A stretch of 62,993 nucleotides of DNA, the filler included, from Reticulomyxa filosa (Eukaryota; Protista; Foraminifera), in assembly GCA_000512085.1 (NCBI GenBank). It is 17 parts of 17 records of this genome, joined end to end, with 100 filler letters (N's around TTAATTAATTAA, not from the genome) between each part and the next. Parts side by side here need not be neighbours in the genome. Positions count along the whole stretch, not along the records: positions 21,174 to 26,443 come from ASPP01006208.1; positions 26,544 to 27,874 come from ASPP01021629.1; positions 27,975 to 29,469 come from ASPP01024372.1; positions 29,570 to 31,293 come from ASPP01025077.1; positions 31,394 to 40,985 come from ASPP01010372.1; 12 more parts are not named here. One strand, written 5' to 3'. The position numbers and the translations under genes are program-made. Positions 23,098 through 35,800 of this stretch are shown in pieces. Within the stretch, counting starts at the first letter, position 1; every line of letters begins with the position of its first letter. The notes under the pieces are model-generated. The model saw only the letters and a program-made list of their open reading frames with translations. It did no database searches and was not told the DNA's origin.

Positions 23098-25899
23098 TCA
23101 GTCTCTTTTTTCTGACAATTGTTGAATGTAAGATTGCGGCGTTAAAATAGCAGTTGAGCCAATAAATATATCAATGTTATGTTTTTCAGATAGCTCGTAG
23201 CATGTGCAGAGCTCAGAATATGTCACTCCACCAACAACATATACTATTACCCGCGGTCCTGACTGTATGAGAGAAAAAGAGAGTTTTTTCAAAACAAAAA
23301 CTAAAACTATATGTACAATATAAATAACTGGTGGTTTTTCTTCATTTGGTTTTCTTGCTTTCCGGAATGAAGTTGGTTGTCTTTTTCTTGCTCGGTTTCC
23401 AGTCGGTTTATCAGGTCCATAGGGGAAATGTTCCTCAAATTTTCCTTCGGTATTTTCGATGTGATTCTATTGAAGCAATCAATCACAAAAAAAAAAAGTA
23501 AACACATGAAACAGTTGTATCTCTGGTTGTAATTTAGTTGTGTTTTTTTTTTTGTAGAACTGTCAATGCCCATTCAAGGTAAGACAAGAAGCGTATTGGG
23601 GAGGTTTCTTCCGAAGTCTGTTCAGTTTTGCTCTTTGCATTAGCTTGGACAGCACTCCAATATTCACTATTTTTGTGTCCTTCTTTAGGAGGCTTTGCAC
23701 TTGAGAGAACGACATTCAATGTACTTAAATTCATTATAGTATCTTGATCTTCGCGAGTAAATCCAGCTTGGTCCATTAGGTTCTTGCGTATCAGATCACT
23801 TAATCCACCCTGAGCGATCAAGTATGCCATGAACAGTCGCAACTTCAATTCCTTCCTATTTGTTATATATTTTTTTTATACCCATATTTGTAATAAGTAT
23901 ATACATATATGTATATACGCTTTGTAAAACGCAACGGTTTTGGAGGGTCTTGACTTAAGAAAATATCTTTAGAGCAACGGGCTCCCAATTTCTCGCGATC
24001 ACACTTTTTGCCATCCGAATCGATCCAGCATGCAATGTCTTGTTCTAACAAAATAATATCCAACAGATTCTGTTCTGCAAATCGTTTTGTCACAGCTTGA
24101 GCTAAGTCCAAATTGTTTTTAAAACGTCGGATTTGTTGTTGATATTGTGGCATATCTTGTGCTGCTTTCATCAAATCACTATTGCTCATATTTTCTCCGT
24201 TCTTTTTTATCTCGAAACTTAACAACAGCACTTTCATTTCTCCATTCTGTGAATTCCTTTGGTAGTCTCTTGTTTACTTCACCAATGAACACATGTCGAT
24301 ACTTTGCCCATATTTTATCATCATCTGCTGGCAATGCTAATTCGTCCAACTCACTTTTTTCTTCGTCCAATTTTTTTTTTTTCGAACCCCTTTCATTTAT
24401 TTATTTATTTTTTTATGAGGAGGAAAAAAAAAAAAAAAAAAGGCCCTCAAGTAAGAGATATTACTTTTAGTGGTTTGTTTGTTCTGCTTCATTTTCACAA
24501 AACTTGCTATCTTTTTTGAGTCGATCTGCCAACAGATCGGTAGACATTGCTTGAAAGGTCATTGCGTGAAGGAGAGGTGTTAAGGGATCATCCGCTCTGT
24601 CTAATATGATGAATGTCGCTCGATCTTCGACAGGTTTCCATCCAGATAAGCCCGATTTGACTTCACCAAATCGTTTCTGAGTTGCAAAAAGCAAAACACA
24701 AGGGAGATTAAGATTAAAAGTGGATTTAAAAACAAAACAAAACAAAAAAAGAAAGAAGCACAACTCAACTACAACTAATTGCGCCAAATCTTTGGCCAAT
24801 CGTGACGAAGCTGAATAGCGAATATAGGGATTTTCATTTGCTGTCAAAAACACACCAACCAGTTGTTGGGCTGTTCTGTCTAGCTCATCACTGCATCGGT
24901 CCTTGTCCCTCAAGTATAATGTCGCAAATGCATCCTCACGGTAGAGGGAAAACACTCTTTGTTCCAAGACTGTTTCAGCATAAAAAAATAAGCTTTGTTT
25001 GTTGTTATTGAATGTTGTGATCATAAAAAAAAAAAGGGGTAAAAAAAAAAAAAAGGAAAGAAAGACATATACCTAAAAAGTCACATCTCATTTCTTCACA
25101 AGTCTGGAGAGAGTTACTTTTACATAAATTAGAATTTTTCAATAAATCAACGCATCGTGGTTCTAATGCTATTTTTTGTTGTTGCACACAAAGACCATTT
25201 TTTTTTATAGGAAATTTCTCATCTTTTCTTATCATTATTTTTTTCTCTTCTCTCCTTTGTCGCCTCCCTTCCCCCCACCAAAAAAAAGGTTCAAAAACAA
25301 AAAATGATCAAATTGCAACAATCTTGTGCATACGTGAAGTAAAGAAAACGTGAACCGGAACACCATATTTTGGGTTCTTCGCGTCTTGATAATCTTCAAT
25401 CAATTTCTTCACAGAATCAATGCTGCCGCTCAAAAGATAAATGGGAGACAGACGGACACGCTCACGTGGGAATGCCACGTTTACCACAACTATTCATTAC
25501 ATTTTGAGAATTGGTCATTTTCTCCATTGTGTACGTATGGGTTCATATTTTTTTTTTTTGGATCTTCCTAGTTTCTCACCCTACCTCCCCCTTCTTGTCC
25601 CCCCCCCCTTTTTTAAACATGTACGCCCTTTTAAGTACAACAAACAGAAAGTAATACCGCCAATGTTCAGTTCATTCAATTCATGCATTTTCAAACAGTA
25701 ATCCAATATTTTAATTGTTGTGTCGTCCCCAATAATTAAAGAGTATTTCTTCGACATCTTTTTTTGAGCGGCTTGGATAACATGTTCAGTAATCCCTACG
25801 CATTTTGTTGTTTTTTTTTTAAGCTTGAAAATATATGAAAAATCTAAGAAACAACAAGATGACAAACTTACGTTGCTTCAAAAGAGCTCTGAGAGACAT
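23098..25899 (-). CDS. SEC1: Sec1/Munc18 (SM) family protein, complete multi-exon gene
   Basis: MSLRALLKQ start, NENPYIRY, FIILDRADDPLTPLLHAMTFQAM, DDDKIWAKYRHVFI, DMPQYQ, LEQDIA and RVIVYVVGGVTYSE...IFIGSTAILTP. GT-AG introns. Confidence 0.92.
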
Positions 25900-28504
25900 C
25901 TCAATTGGCCTGAACTAGTTCGACTTCCAATATCCGCGAAATTCTATGACAAGAAGTGAATTGAAGGATAATTAAGACACCTTTTTTTTTACAACGACCG
26001 TTTCTTCTTTTTCTTTTGTTCTTCCAAGTTTAAGCTACAAATTTGTTCTATGAATTATGTTAAATATCTTTACTCTAATATTTTTTAGTCAGTATTTTAA
26101 ATATTTCATATATCTGACAGATATGATTTAACGAAGTGATTTTTTACAATTTGTGTCAGCTGATTTATCACAATATACTTTGTCGTGTTTGTTATTTGGT
26201 GCCGCTTTTATTGGCACTTCTAAAAAACATCAGATGTAATTTACGATTTTTGCTCTAGAAACTTAAGTATGACTATTTGATTATTGGCCTGTGGGACGTC
26301 AGCTGGAAGAGGTTGTACTAAATGTAATACGAAAATGGTTTTGCTCAAGAAACCAATGTTCGATAAAACAAAAGTAAATTAAATAAAAGAAAGATGAATA
26401 ACGCAACAAAAGAAGAAAACAAAACAAAAGAGTAAGTGAAGTTNNNNNNNNNNNNNNNNNNNNNNNNNNNNNNNNNNNNNNNNNNNNTTAATTAATTAAN
26501 NNNNNNNNNNNNNNNNNNNNNNNNNNNNNNNNNNNNNNNNNNNTTTAACAAAAAAATTTAGCTAGAATAAAACTAATTAGAAAATCACATGAAAAGAAAT
26601 GCATTAAACAAATACTAAATATCATTGTATAATTCACAGCATCAAAAAAAAAAAAAGTAGATTTGACTTAGCTTTGTTGATATTTTATAATGTATATGCA
26701 CTTGGTCTTCTATCAAATAAAATTACTATTGTCAAAGAAATTAAAAAAGCAAGGCCCTTTCCAATAGAATTTAAACAATGAGTTTTTGTGAAGCAAGAAG
26801 TTCAGTTCAAAAGGAGCATCTTTCGGTTTTTTACGAAAAAAACTTAATTTCTGATTCTGTGACATTTTTTTACAGATTTTTTGAACCAATTACTGTTTCT
26901 CATTTTGTGGGCAAGTTTACTTTATTTAAATGATGCGGTTTTACTGACCACACAATCTAAAGGATCTAATTAAATATTTATGTTGATTGTAGATTATTCT
27001 CAAGTAGAAATAAGCATTGTATATTTCCGCAAATGGCAATTTCGTATTGTATGCTATAAATTGAATAAAGTTGACAAAGAAGCCAAAGTCTCAAAATCTG
27101 TTATCTCTTGTATGATCAGATTAGTTTGATTCATTTTGATAAAAACTAAAAGTAACATCAACATTATTTTAAGTTATTTCGAAATAAGTAATTATTTTTA
27201 AATTTTTTTCCTATGAAAGGCAAATTTCAGTGTTTCATGTGCTTACTTCCCCCGTTAATATAGAAACAGCTGAAAAAAAATCAAAAACAAAGAGCTACGT
27301 CTAAGTAATAAAAATTGTGCAATTTTAAAGTTTTTCATTTTTTACAATTTTGTTAAAAATAACAGAAAAAGAAAAAAATATTTGATCCTTTGTTTTTGAG
27401 TGTTTTATTTGGAGATATGCATTTGTTTATAATCAATTAATAGTCATTGAATAACACACTGTTATGAATAATGAAAAACAATTGAAATAAAAAAAATAAC
27501 ATTCAAAAGAACTTCGATGTATAACTATCTAAAATTGAAATATAAAACGTCAAAACATAATTGGAGAAAGAAAGACATTGATATAAAATATTATTTAATT
27601 TAATGACAGTAAAATAACATAAAGGGATCTTCAATTTGCAATAAACGCTGAAAAAGAGATAGAGTTTTATCGTGTCAATGTTGTAAGTGAAAGAACGCCA
27701 AGCAGTAAAAATAAAAAGCTTAAAAACTTTACATTAGTTTAAATGATAAATTCTCTACGAGTTGTGTAATCATCTAAAGAAATATCAATCCACGTTTTGT
27801 ACATCAAACTTCTTTTACAATAAAGTAATTAAACTATTTCAAATTAATTGATCAAAACATATAATTTATGTAATNNNNNNNNNNNNNNNNNNNNNNNNNN
27901 NNNNNNNNNNNNNNNNNNTTAATTAATTAANNNNNNNNNNNNNNNNNNNNNNNNNNNNNNNNNNNNNNNNNNNNGACAGAACTCTACGGATGGTAAGACA
28001 CGTTTGGCAAAGAAATACAAAATTTGCAGGGACATTCGAATTTCGTAACAAAATTGATATATCATCTGATCATTGTGTCATCATATCATATTCTTTTGAT
28101 GTACACGATTTTAGCATTGATACAAACTCTGCTGGACATTGACAAAAAAAGCCCATTTTTTTTTTTCTTTTAGATTAGTTCTTTTCTAAACATATTTGCA
28201 CATCCTTGTCTGAACAGAAAATTGAAATTTTTTGGAACTTGTTAAATATTTTGATCACAAAAACTTTGAAAAGGCACATACTCATAAAAAAAAAGGCGAA
28301 AGAAATTGTCTCACTACATTAAAAATTTACTTCATTGAAAAACACAAAGAAAAACCTTAAAATCATGGTGCCAACAAACAAAATAAAATAAACGATATCA
28401 CGAGCAGCGGAATAACAAAATTGTGGTCTTTAACCGTTTGACAAATTTTGTTTTTTTCAGACTCACTCTAACAAATTTTCTCATTTTTTTTTTTAAAAGA
28501 AAAG

Positions 28505-29300
28505 TTAAGTGCGCGATTCAGAACACGTTTGAGAAAATCGGAGATTTAATTGGTTTTCCAACAAATCCAATTTAGTGAAACGATGGTCAATATCACAAGC
28601 AAAGTGGAATTTTAATTCGCGCCTAAATTTTCGATGATACAAAGGCCAGCATTTTTGTGAACTCAAATGGATATCAGTTCTGGACTTTTTTTTGTAGTTT
28701 TGATTGACAACACCAGTGTTTGGATCTAAAAGATCAGAGGCAATTTCAACGAATTGATACTTGCACTTTTCTGCACTTTCTTTTAAAGCAGAATTAAATG
28801 CTAACGCCATACGTGTTCTTTCCATTCTTTTTTTTTTTTTTGTTTATTCGTTCCAAATACAACAATACTAATTCAAATCAAAATGAAAAAAAAAAAAAAA
28901 AAAACAAAAACATGTGTCGGGATTTGCAAATTATTTTCAACAAAATCTTTGTCCATTTTGGATCGACCAACAAAATGACTGATTAACATATTTCGAAAGG
29001 ATTGATCACAAAGAGGTGGCAAATGAACACCATGAATGACCACTTGAGAAGGGGTAATTTTGCCATTGCTTTGATCGCACAATATTTGCAAAAAAGACAA
29101 CAAGTGATGGATTGATAGTGGTATTTGATCTTTGTAAAAATCTAGTGTTTTATCTTTCATCTTTTTAAAGTGGTATACGTAGTCAACGTCCACTTGTCCA
29201 ATCATTACAAATATATACTGAGTTTGCCCTTTATGGCAATTTTCTAACGTTTTGCTTATTGTTTTTGCCGCACTCAATTTTGATTTTCATTCATCAAACC
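28505..29300 (-). CDS. SGNH/GDSL-hydrolase-like protein, 3' part (2 exons; 1-nt frameshift near 29283-29286)
   Basis: IFVMIGQVDVD (block III-like), ERTRMALAFNSALK and TDIHLS (DxH block V-like). Upstream GLMNE is one base out of frame with KLSAAK. Confidence 0.55.
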
Positions 29301-29781
29301 CTTTTTTTTTTTTTTTCCAATATGTTTCTTTTTTTTTTTTTTTTTGGAAAACGATATAGAAAGGTTTTTCAAACATGCACTTTAGGGATGCTGCGTGCAA
29401 ATGCATGTTGATGCATGTGTATATGCGTGTACAATCTTTTAAAATTGTCATTATTATTATTATTATTATNNNNNNNNNNNNNNNNNNNNNNNNNNNNNNN
29501 NNNNNNNNNNNNNTTAATTAATTAANNNNNNNNNNNNNNNNNNNNNNNNNNNNNNNNNNNNNNNNNNNNTTACGCATGTAGTTGTAACATTGCTAGACTG
29601 TTCCTAAGGAATGAAGAAAGTATAGTCAGGATAATGTGCATTGATTTTTTTTGTTCATTACATAAAAAAATAATTTTTTGCATAGTCAAATAATTAAAAG
29701 TTGCCTAAAATAGCAAAAGTAATTAAAAAAAGAATCACCTGCGAAAAAACACAACTGCGACAACATCAAGTTTTCTTTTTA

Positions 29782-30471
29782 TTATTTATTTTTTTCTTCG
29801 AGTTGATTTTCGATTTTAGTTATTCGTTTGCTCAAATCATCAATTCTTTTATCGATGTTTTTGAGTAAATGTAAGATTTCATCTAATTTATTATTAGAGA
29901 AATCTTCAATTGGCTTTTCTTCAGCCTTTTTTCCCAATAAATTTTTTTCATCTTTAGCCAATCTTATTCTTTTGATTGGAATCGCTTCAGTTGTATCATC
30001 ACCAATATCACTTTTTTTTCTCTTTTGCGGATTTTTCATTGATGTTTCGACGTCTGAACCTATAGTTTTAAACCAGTTTTGCGTTAATGTTAATTGTAAT
30101 GGATCTTTGCGCTCATAAGAATTGCATAAGTCCCGGACTTTTCTAAAAAATGATCCACAATTCCACTGGTTCATTCCTTTGGCCAACTTCCACAAATTAG
30201 GATAAATATTTTTTAAGTCATTCCATCTTTCAAAACTTGCAAGTTTTCTTTGAAAAATTGCATGCGACTGTTGATTAGTGTCATCTACATTATCTAATGC
30301 AATTATAAATTCTTCGTCCAAATGAGGATATCTTGAACCAACATTGGAGCACTTTTTCAATTCTTTGTTAGTTTCCTTAGGCTGACATGACTTCCATTTA
30401 CTATATAAACCAAAAACAGTAGCAAAATTGTTAATATTGCTCTTAATCTTTTCATTTTCATTTAGCTCCAT
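29782..30471 (-). CDS. Hypothetical orphan protein with NLS-like basic patches and C-terminal coiled coil
   Basis: 229-aa uninterrupted ORF in very AT-rich DNA. Contains PQKRKK and KRIRL, and heptad LLKNIDKRIDDLSKRITKIENQL. Confidence 0.65.
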   Translation of the reverse strand: MELNENEKIKSNINNFATVFGLYSKWKSCQPKETNKELKKCSNVGSRYPHLDEEFIIALDNVDDTNQQSHAIFQRKLASFERWNDLKNIYPNLWKLAKGMNQWNCGSFFRKVRDLCNSYERKDPLQLTLTQNWFKTIGSDVETSMKNPQKRKKSDIGDDTTEAIPIKRIRLAKDEKNLLGKKAEEKPIEDFSNNKLDEILHLLKNIDKRIDDLSKRITKIENQLEEKNK

Positions 30472-30589
30472 CTTAAAACATGCAAAAATAAAAATGATAA
30501 TATTATCAAAAAATAAAATTTATTTCAAAAAAAAAAAGGTTCAAACACAAATATTTTACCATTCAAACGACTATCAAAACAAAATAAAA

Positions 30590-30799
30590 AAGATTTTGTG
30601 TCAAAAATGAGTTTAAGTGATAAAAGTAATACAAGTGCATCATTAGTGAACAAAAAACAAAAATGTTTTGTGATTACAATAGAAGCAAAGTAAGGCAACG
30701 TTTGTAATATAGTCGACGTCGGTCTTAAAGAGATCACGAGAATTAGGCAAATGAAGATTTTGTGTCAAAAATGAGTTTAAGATGATAAAAGTAATACAA
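30590..30799. repeat. Pair of ~45-bp direct repeats (30590-30634 and 30754-30799)
   Basis: aagattttgtgtcaaaaatgagtttaag(a)tgataaaagtaatacaa; the copies are identical except for one extra A. Confidence 0.95.
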
Positions 30800-30844
30800 C
30801 TATATCGTGGGAAGATAAAAAAAAAAGCAAAGGAAGACAAAACC

Positions 30845-30916
30845 AAAAATAAAGAGTTAGTTCGGGCGGCGCCACGATGTTCCTAAAGGCGCCGCTTGAC
30901 CTTACTTTTTATTTTT
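30845..30916. repeat. Imperfect 29-bp inverted repeat with GC-rich core and 14-nt loop
   Basis: Arms 30845-30873 and 30888-30916 match at 24/29, and three of the five differences allow G-U/G-T pairs. The perfect core is gcggcgcc/ggcgccgc. Confidence 0.85.
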
Positions 30917-31393
30917 CGCTTTTTTCCTTACTTTACTTTTTTCTTAAAATCTGTTTGCACCTTTTCTTTTTTATATAACTCTTCACTTTTTCAAAACTTT
31001 ATCTATTAAATGTCTAAAATGTGCACTAAAAATCAGTCAAGAACGCAAACATTCAACTGTATCAATACAGCGTTCTCTTCATTGAAGAAACCTTTCAGCA
31101 GTGCTTTTATTTGCTGCAATAGTAAAATTGCTTTTTGTACCATTGGTAAAGACGTTCAAGCATATGTTTTACTTTAATGTTAAACCTTTTTTCTTATATT
31201 TGTTCAATTTCAATGTTTCTTATTTGTAAAAGAATTTGTTGATACATTCTTTTTTTTTCTTTTTTAATCTTTCAAAATAGTAGTCATTTTTGGNNNNNNN
31301 NNNNNNNNNNNNNNNNNNNNNNNNNNNNNNNNNNNNNTTAATTAATTAANNNNNNNNNNNNNNNNNNNNNNNNNNNNNNNNNNNNNNNNNNNN

Positions 31394-32467
31394 CCATCAA
31401 AAAGCCCATCGAAGAATCCATCAATTTCTCCGACATCAAACCCAACATCAAAGCCATCCCAGTCTCCAACAAAAAACGTATACACAACGACTCAAAGAAT
31501 TACAAATCCTACTCGCTCACCGACGCCCGCCCCGATATCGGCAAAAATCACAACCACAACACCTTCTCTTTCAACGACATCTACACCAAGCTATTACAAA
31601 TTGAGGATATCGTTCAATGTCACATGCCTGTCTCCCGAAAATAGCCAACAGTGCCAAAACCAAACAATGCAAGTTATCAAACAAGTTTTGTATAATTATT
31701 TTGCTGGCACAAGTCAACAGAACCCTCAGATTATTGTGAACAGTACCAATGCCACTATTATTTTGACTGATAAATCCACTGTGGATAATGCTTTTAATTA
31801 TTTCAAAAACAATCAAACTTTTTTGCAGGATGTGAATAATGAATTACAACAAGAGAACATTCAATCATCTGTGAAAGTAATGGCAGTAAATATTGTAGAA
31901 GGGGATGCACCTACTGATGGGAACAACTTGACAAACAATGCGGATAAAGCAGGCCACAGTAAATATTGGGTTTGGATAGTTGCCATTGCTACTGTCCTGA
32001 GCGCAATTGCACTGTTTGCTATTGGACTATTGGGATATATGTATTATCGTCAAAAAAAGAAACATGCAAAAAATATTGTGGTTTTAGCTAAAGGCCAGCT
32101 TTCCTCGAAAAAAATTGCCGCTCGCAAATCTAGATTAAGAGAACTTCGTATTTCAAGTTTGAGTAATGACAGGGAACGTGAAAAAACGACGGAATCAAGT
32201 GTTGCTGGTGCTTTAGAGATTTCGTCAATAGAAAGTCGTGGAGTTGATAGTGAAAATGTTAATGAAATTAGCAATAATCAAGGGCTTGATACAGAAAATG
32301 TTAATGAGATTAGCAATAATCAAGGACTTGATAAAGAAAAAGTACGTCGAAATTCTGAGATAGCACCTACTTCTGACAGCTCGCCACATATGACTATAGC
32401 AAAAGATATTTTACCAGCGGCTGAACAAAATTTCTCGTTACCTACTGCAAGTGTTTTGTCAGTGTAA
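31394..32467 (+). CDS. Single-pass type I surface protein, 3' part (Ser/Thr/Pro stalk, TM, cytoplasmic tail)
   Basis: PSKSPSKNPSISPTSNPTSKPS mucin-like stalk, TM YWVWIVAIATVLSAIALFAIGLLGYMYY, then a stop-transfer RQKKK. Confidence 0.8.
   Translation, partial: PSKSPSKNPSISPTSNPTSKPSQSPTKNVYTTTQRITNPTRSPTPAPISAKITTTTPSLSTTSTPSYYKLRISFNVTCLSPENSQQCQNQTMQVIKQVLYNYFAGTSQQNPQIIVNSTNATIILTDKSTVDNAFNYFKNNQTFLQDVNNELQQENIQSSVKVMAVNIVEGDAPTDGNNLTNNADKAGHSKYWVWIVAIATVLSAIALFAIGLLGYMYYRQKKKHAKNIVVLAKGQLSSKKIAARKSRLRELRISSLSNDREREKTTESSVAGALEISSIESRGVDSENVNEISNNQGLDTENVNEISNNQGLDKEKVRRNSEIAPTSDSSPHMTIAKDILPAAEQNFSLPTASVLSV
32246..32329 (+). repeat. In-frame 42-bp tandem duplication (D[S/T]ENVNEISNNQGL x2)
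   Basis: Units 32246-32287 and 32288-32329. Confidence 0.9.
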
Positions 32468-32810
32468 ATACATTTGTTATGCAAAAGTAGTGCTATCATC
32501 GGTATCTCTTTTTTCTATTGCGCATTTTTATGTTTTTTTTTGTTATATGCTCTTCTCCTTGGCAATGCTTCATTTGGTTTGTTTTTTACTCCTTCTGCGT
32601 TGGCGGCCAAGCATATCGTGGTTTGATTTTTTACATGAAAAGTGAGTTTATAGAGATTGCAAATGGACATAAAAGCTACGAGATTTGGACTTATGTTCTT
32701 TCAATAAATAAAAAATTTAAATAAGTTCCCACCCCAAATGAATAAATTAAACATAAGATGGCACATTTGACACCAAAATACTTTCATATACCTTTTTTTT
32801 CTGTTGGCTG

Positions 32811-35800
32811 TCACTCCAACATAGTTGGAATGCCATAACAAACTGGCGCACAGCCATTTAAATATCGCATCTTGCAAGCGTTTCTACTCAACGACAATCC
32901 TTGACTCAATTCACATTTTTTTGTCAGTACACATTTTTCAAGTACATCCATGGTAAATGTGTCAATATCGCCGTCTGTGACATCCCATAAGTTTGCAACG
33001 ACTAGCGGGCTAAATGGAACACACATTAATCAGCATTTGTCTTGTGCATCAAAATCAATAAACAAAACTCAATTTGGATACACAAACAGTTACATGAGAA
33101 AACACATACCAAGAAGCAATCATGTACGAGTTTGGCAGTCCTTGGGATTGATAAATTCCATTGGCTTTCAAATGTCCACTGCTGCAACCCATTAAAAATG
33201 TGACACTTTGAATATTCAATGATTCAATTTTTTGACAAGAAATAAACTTTTCTCCACCATTATGACCAACATACAACAGCACTTCATTGTTTTCCAAACC
33301 AGCAATAAAATCGGTTTCACGTGGTTCAGCGCCCATCATTCCCGACCAACGTATGAGACAGCTATTGTCTCCGAGGCATTGTTCCAAGAATTTTCGAAAG
33401 CGTTTCTCGCTTTTCACCAAATCCCCACGAGGGTTGATAATATAATATCCTGACTTGGCACTTTGTTTGATGCCCCTTTCCAAAACGCGAATAGTTGCGA
33501 ATTCGATGCTCGGTACACGGCAAATCGATAAGGGTGTTCGTAACTTTTGAAGTAACAACAACAAAAGGGATTTAAATATAGGACATAAAAAAAAAAAACA
33601 AAAAAACAACATATTTTAATAAACTTGTTGGATAACAGGCAACGACTCCCAAGCAATTTGTGTAAGCTTGTCTCCAACACACAGTAATAAAGGATGAAAC
33701 AGCAATTTGCCATGTTCAGTACAACGAGAACTTTGATCAACCATTTCATTCCAAATGGTACTGGAAAGCTGCATTTGCAAAAGTGTTTCCATATCTCTAC
33801 GTACAATGTCCTGGCCGATTGCATCTTGCGTCAAAAAACATTGAGCCATTTTTGAAACCAAAAACACAGCCTCTTGGCGGTTATATCCGCACACCTTTGC
33901 GGCCAGATGCTTTGCCCATTCATTCAACACTTCGTGTTGCAAAGCTGGCAATAATAAGTACTTGTAAACACCCAACATTTGGTCATTCCATTGCTGTAAC
34001 ATGTCTTTCAAATTGCTATCCAATTTCCGTCGCAAATCCCACCAATCTTTCACTTGCTGTGACGTAGCTGCATCTTGTCCTGAGTGAGTCGATTGATTGA
34101 TTTCGTCAATTAATACGCCAAATGACTCCAGCCATGTCTTCAAATTATCTATTGCACTTTTTTCTTTGAGGGTTGCTTCGTGTCGTCTTCTGCTGTGGGC
34201 CGCTATCCTTCGACTCGATTTGCACAATTCGGATCTTGAAGGTTCATCTCCTGCTTTGTTGTCATCCGACCCACCTTCGTGACTCTTGCTGTTTTCATTT
34301 CACAACATAAACATTATAATATATACGTATTAAAACAAAAGTGAGAAAAGAAGCTTTTTTTTTTAATCTCCTCCTTTTTACACGTGTGCACTTTTTTCTC
34401 ATTCTCTCTAAACTAGGAATTGTTTCGGGAGCATTGGAACGGAATTGATGCAACATATTGACATTCATTGCCATAAATGTGGCTAATTACCAAACATTTT
34501 AATGTACGATCCATTGCAATGCTCACAATGCTAATATACAACACATACACGTACATTAATTCGATTGAATTTTTTGTTTGTTTATTGTATATAGTACAAT
34601 AAACAAAAAGAAAGAGAAAATTAAACCTCCATTTATTTGGCAAGGGTTGGACACATGTCTGATAAAATTGATCAGCCATGCTTTTAATGGAAACATTGGG
34701 CTGACGGAGACATTTATATCGAATAATATCCAATTTTTGTAATATTTTTGATTGCTTCGTATGCATGACATCGTCTTGATTGCTATCATTACTTTTGTTT
34801 TTGGATTGATCGTTGTCATTGTTATCGTTACTGCCATTATCATTATTATTATTACCATTACCTTTGTCATTATCATTGTCATTGTTATTACCATTGTCGT
34901 TATCACGATTTTTTTCTTCTTTGCGTAACGACAGTTTATTCAACGACGAGGTAATGTCTTGCAACATTTCATTTTTATTATCCAATGGTACTTGTCTTGT
35001 TCTTCGCCTTGTGCGCAAAGCCGGTGCAGGAGTAAAATAGTTTTGTTGTTTTTTTTCTTGCGATGCTTCCTCTGCACATTTCTTTTCATAAATTCGAATG
35101 GCTTTTTGTCTTGTTTGTACACTTTCACTTAAATTCAGGCAAAATGCTGCTATGTTTGGAGCGCTTTGTGCACTGGAAATAAGCCCCCATGTACGTATAC
35201 GACACACACAACTCACCCAGCATACAAATTTCATTTTCAACATAAAATTGGTTGTTTTTTTTTTTTTTTAACAAAACTAAATCACAGCCAACGCGACAGA
35301 AGCGGCTTCAATTAAATTTGGATTCGCCAATGGTAACTGTAACAATGTGAAAAGCACATCCTCAAGATATTGGGCAGCCTGCGTTTGATGCCAAGTGTTC
35401 AATGATATCGATGCTTGTGCAAACAATAACTTTGTTTTGCACAGTAGTAGATCGTCCAATAAGTTTGCATGTCTTTCCAGCACATTCGAACAAATGTCTA
35501 TGGCGTTATTGGCACGTCCAGAAAACAGCTCGCTTTGGGCTTTTTTTACCAGAATACGTGTTTTCAGTCGAATCCAAGGAATACACATTTCAATTGCAAT
35601 ATTGGCTACCAGGTCCATAGAATTAGATTCATTGTTAGTATTATTGCCTCTTCTACTTTTATTCTTTGTCTTTTGTTTGGCGGCGTTAGTACTTGGTTTG
35701 TGTTGTTTTACATATTTATTTTTTTTTATTATTTTAATGTTATTTTTCAAAAAATAAAAATGTAGCAAGAACTGAAAAAAGAGGGCATGACATTTCAAAA

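Noticed and set aside
24390-24503. 18-nt micro-exon (24446-24463) in Sec1 followed by a GG donor
   Set aside because: A single canonical 114-nt GT-AG intron keeps the frame. The micro-exon model needs a 40-nt intron and a GG donor.
26544-27874. Possible decayed gene or transposon in an ORF-free contig
   Set aside because: I could not find a recognisable motif, terminal repeat or ORF of 60 aa or more.
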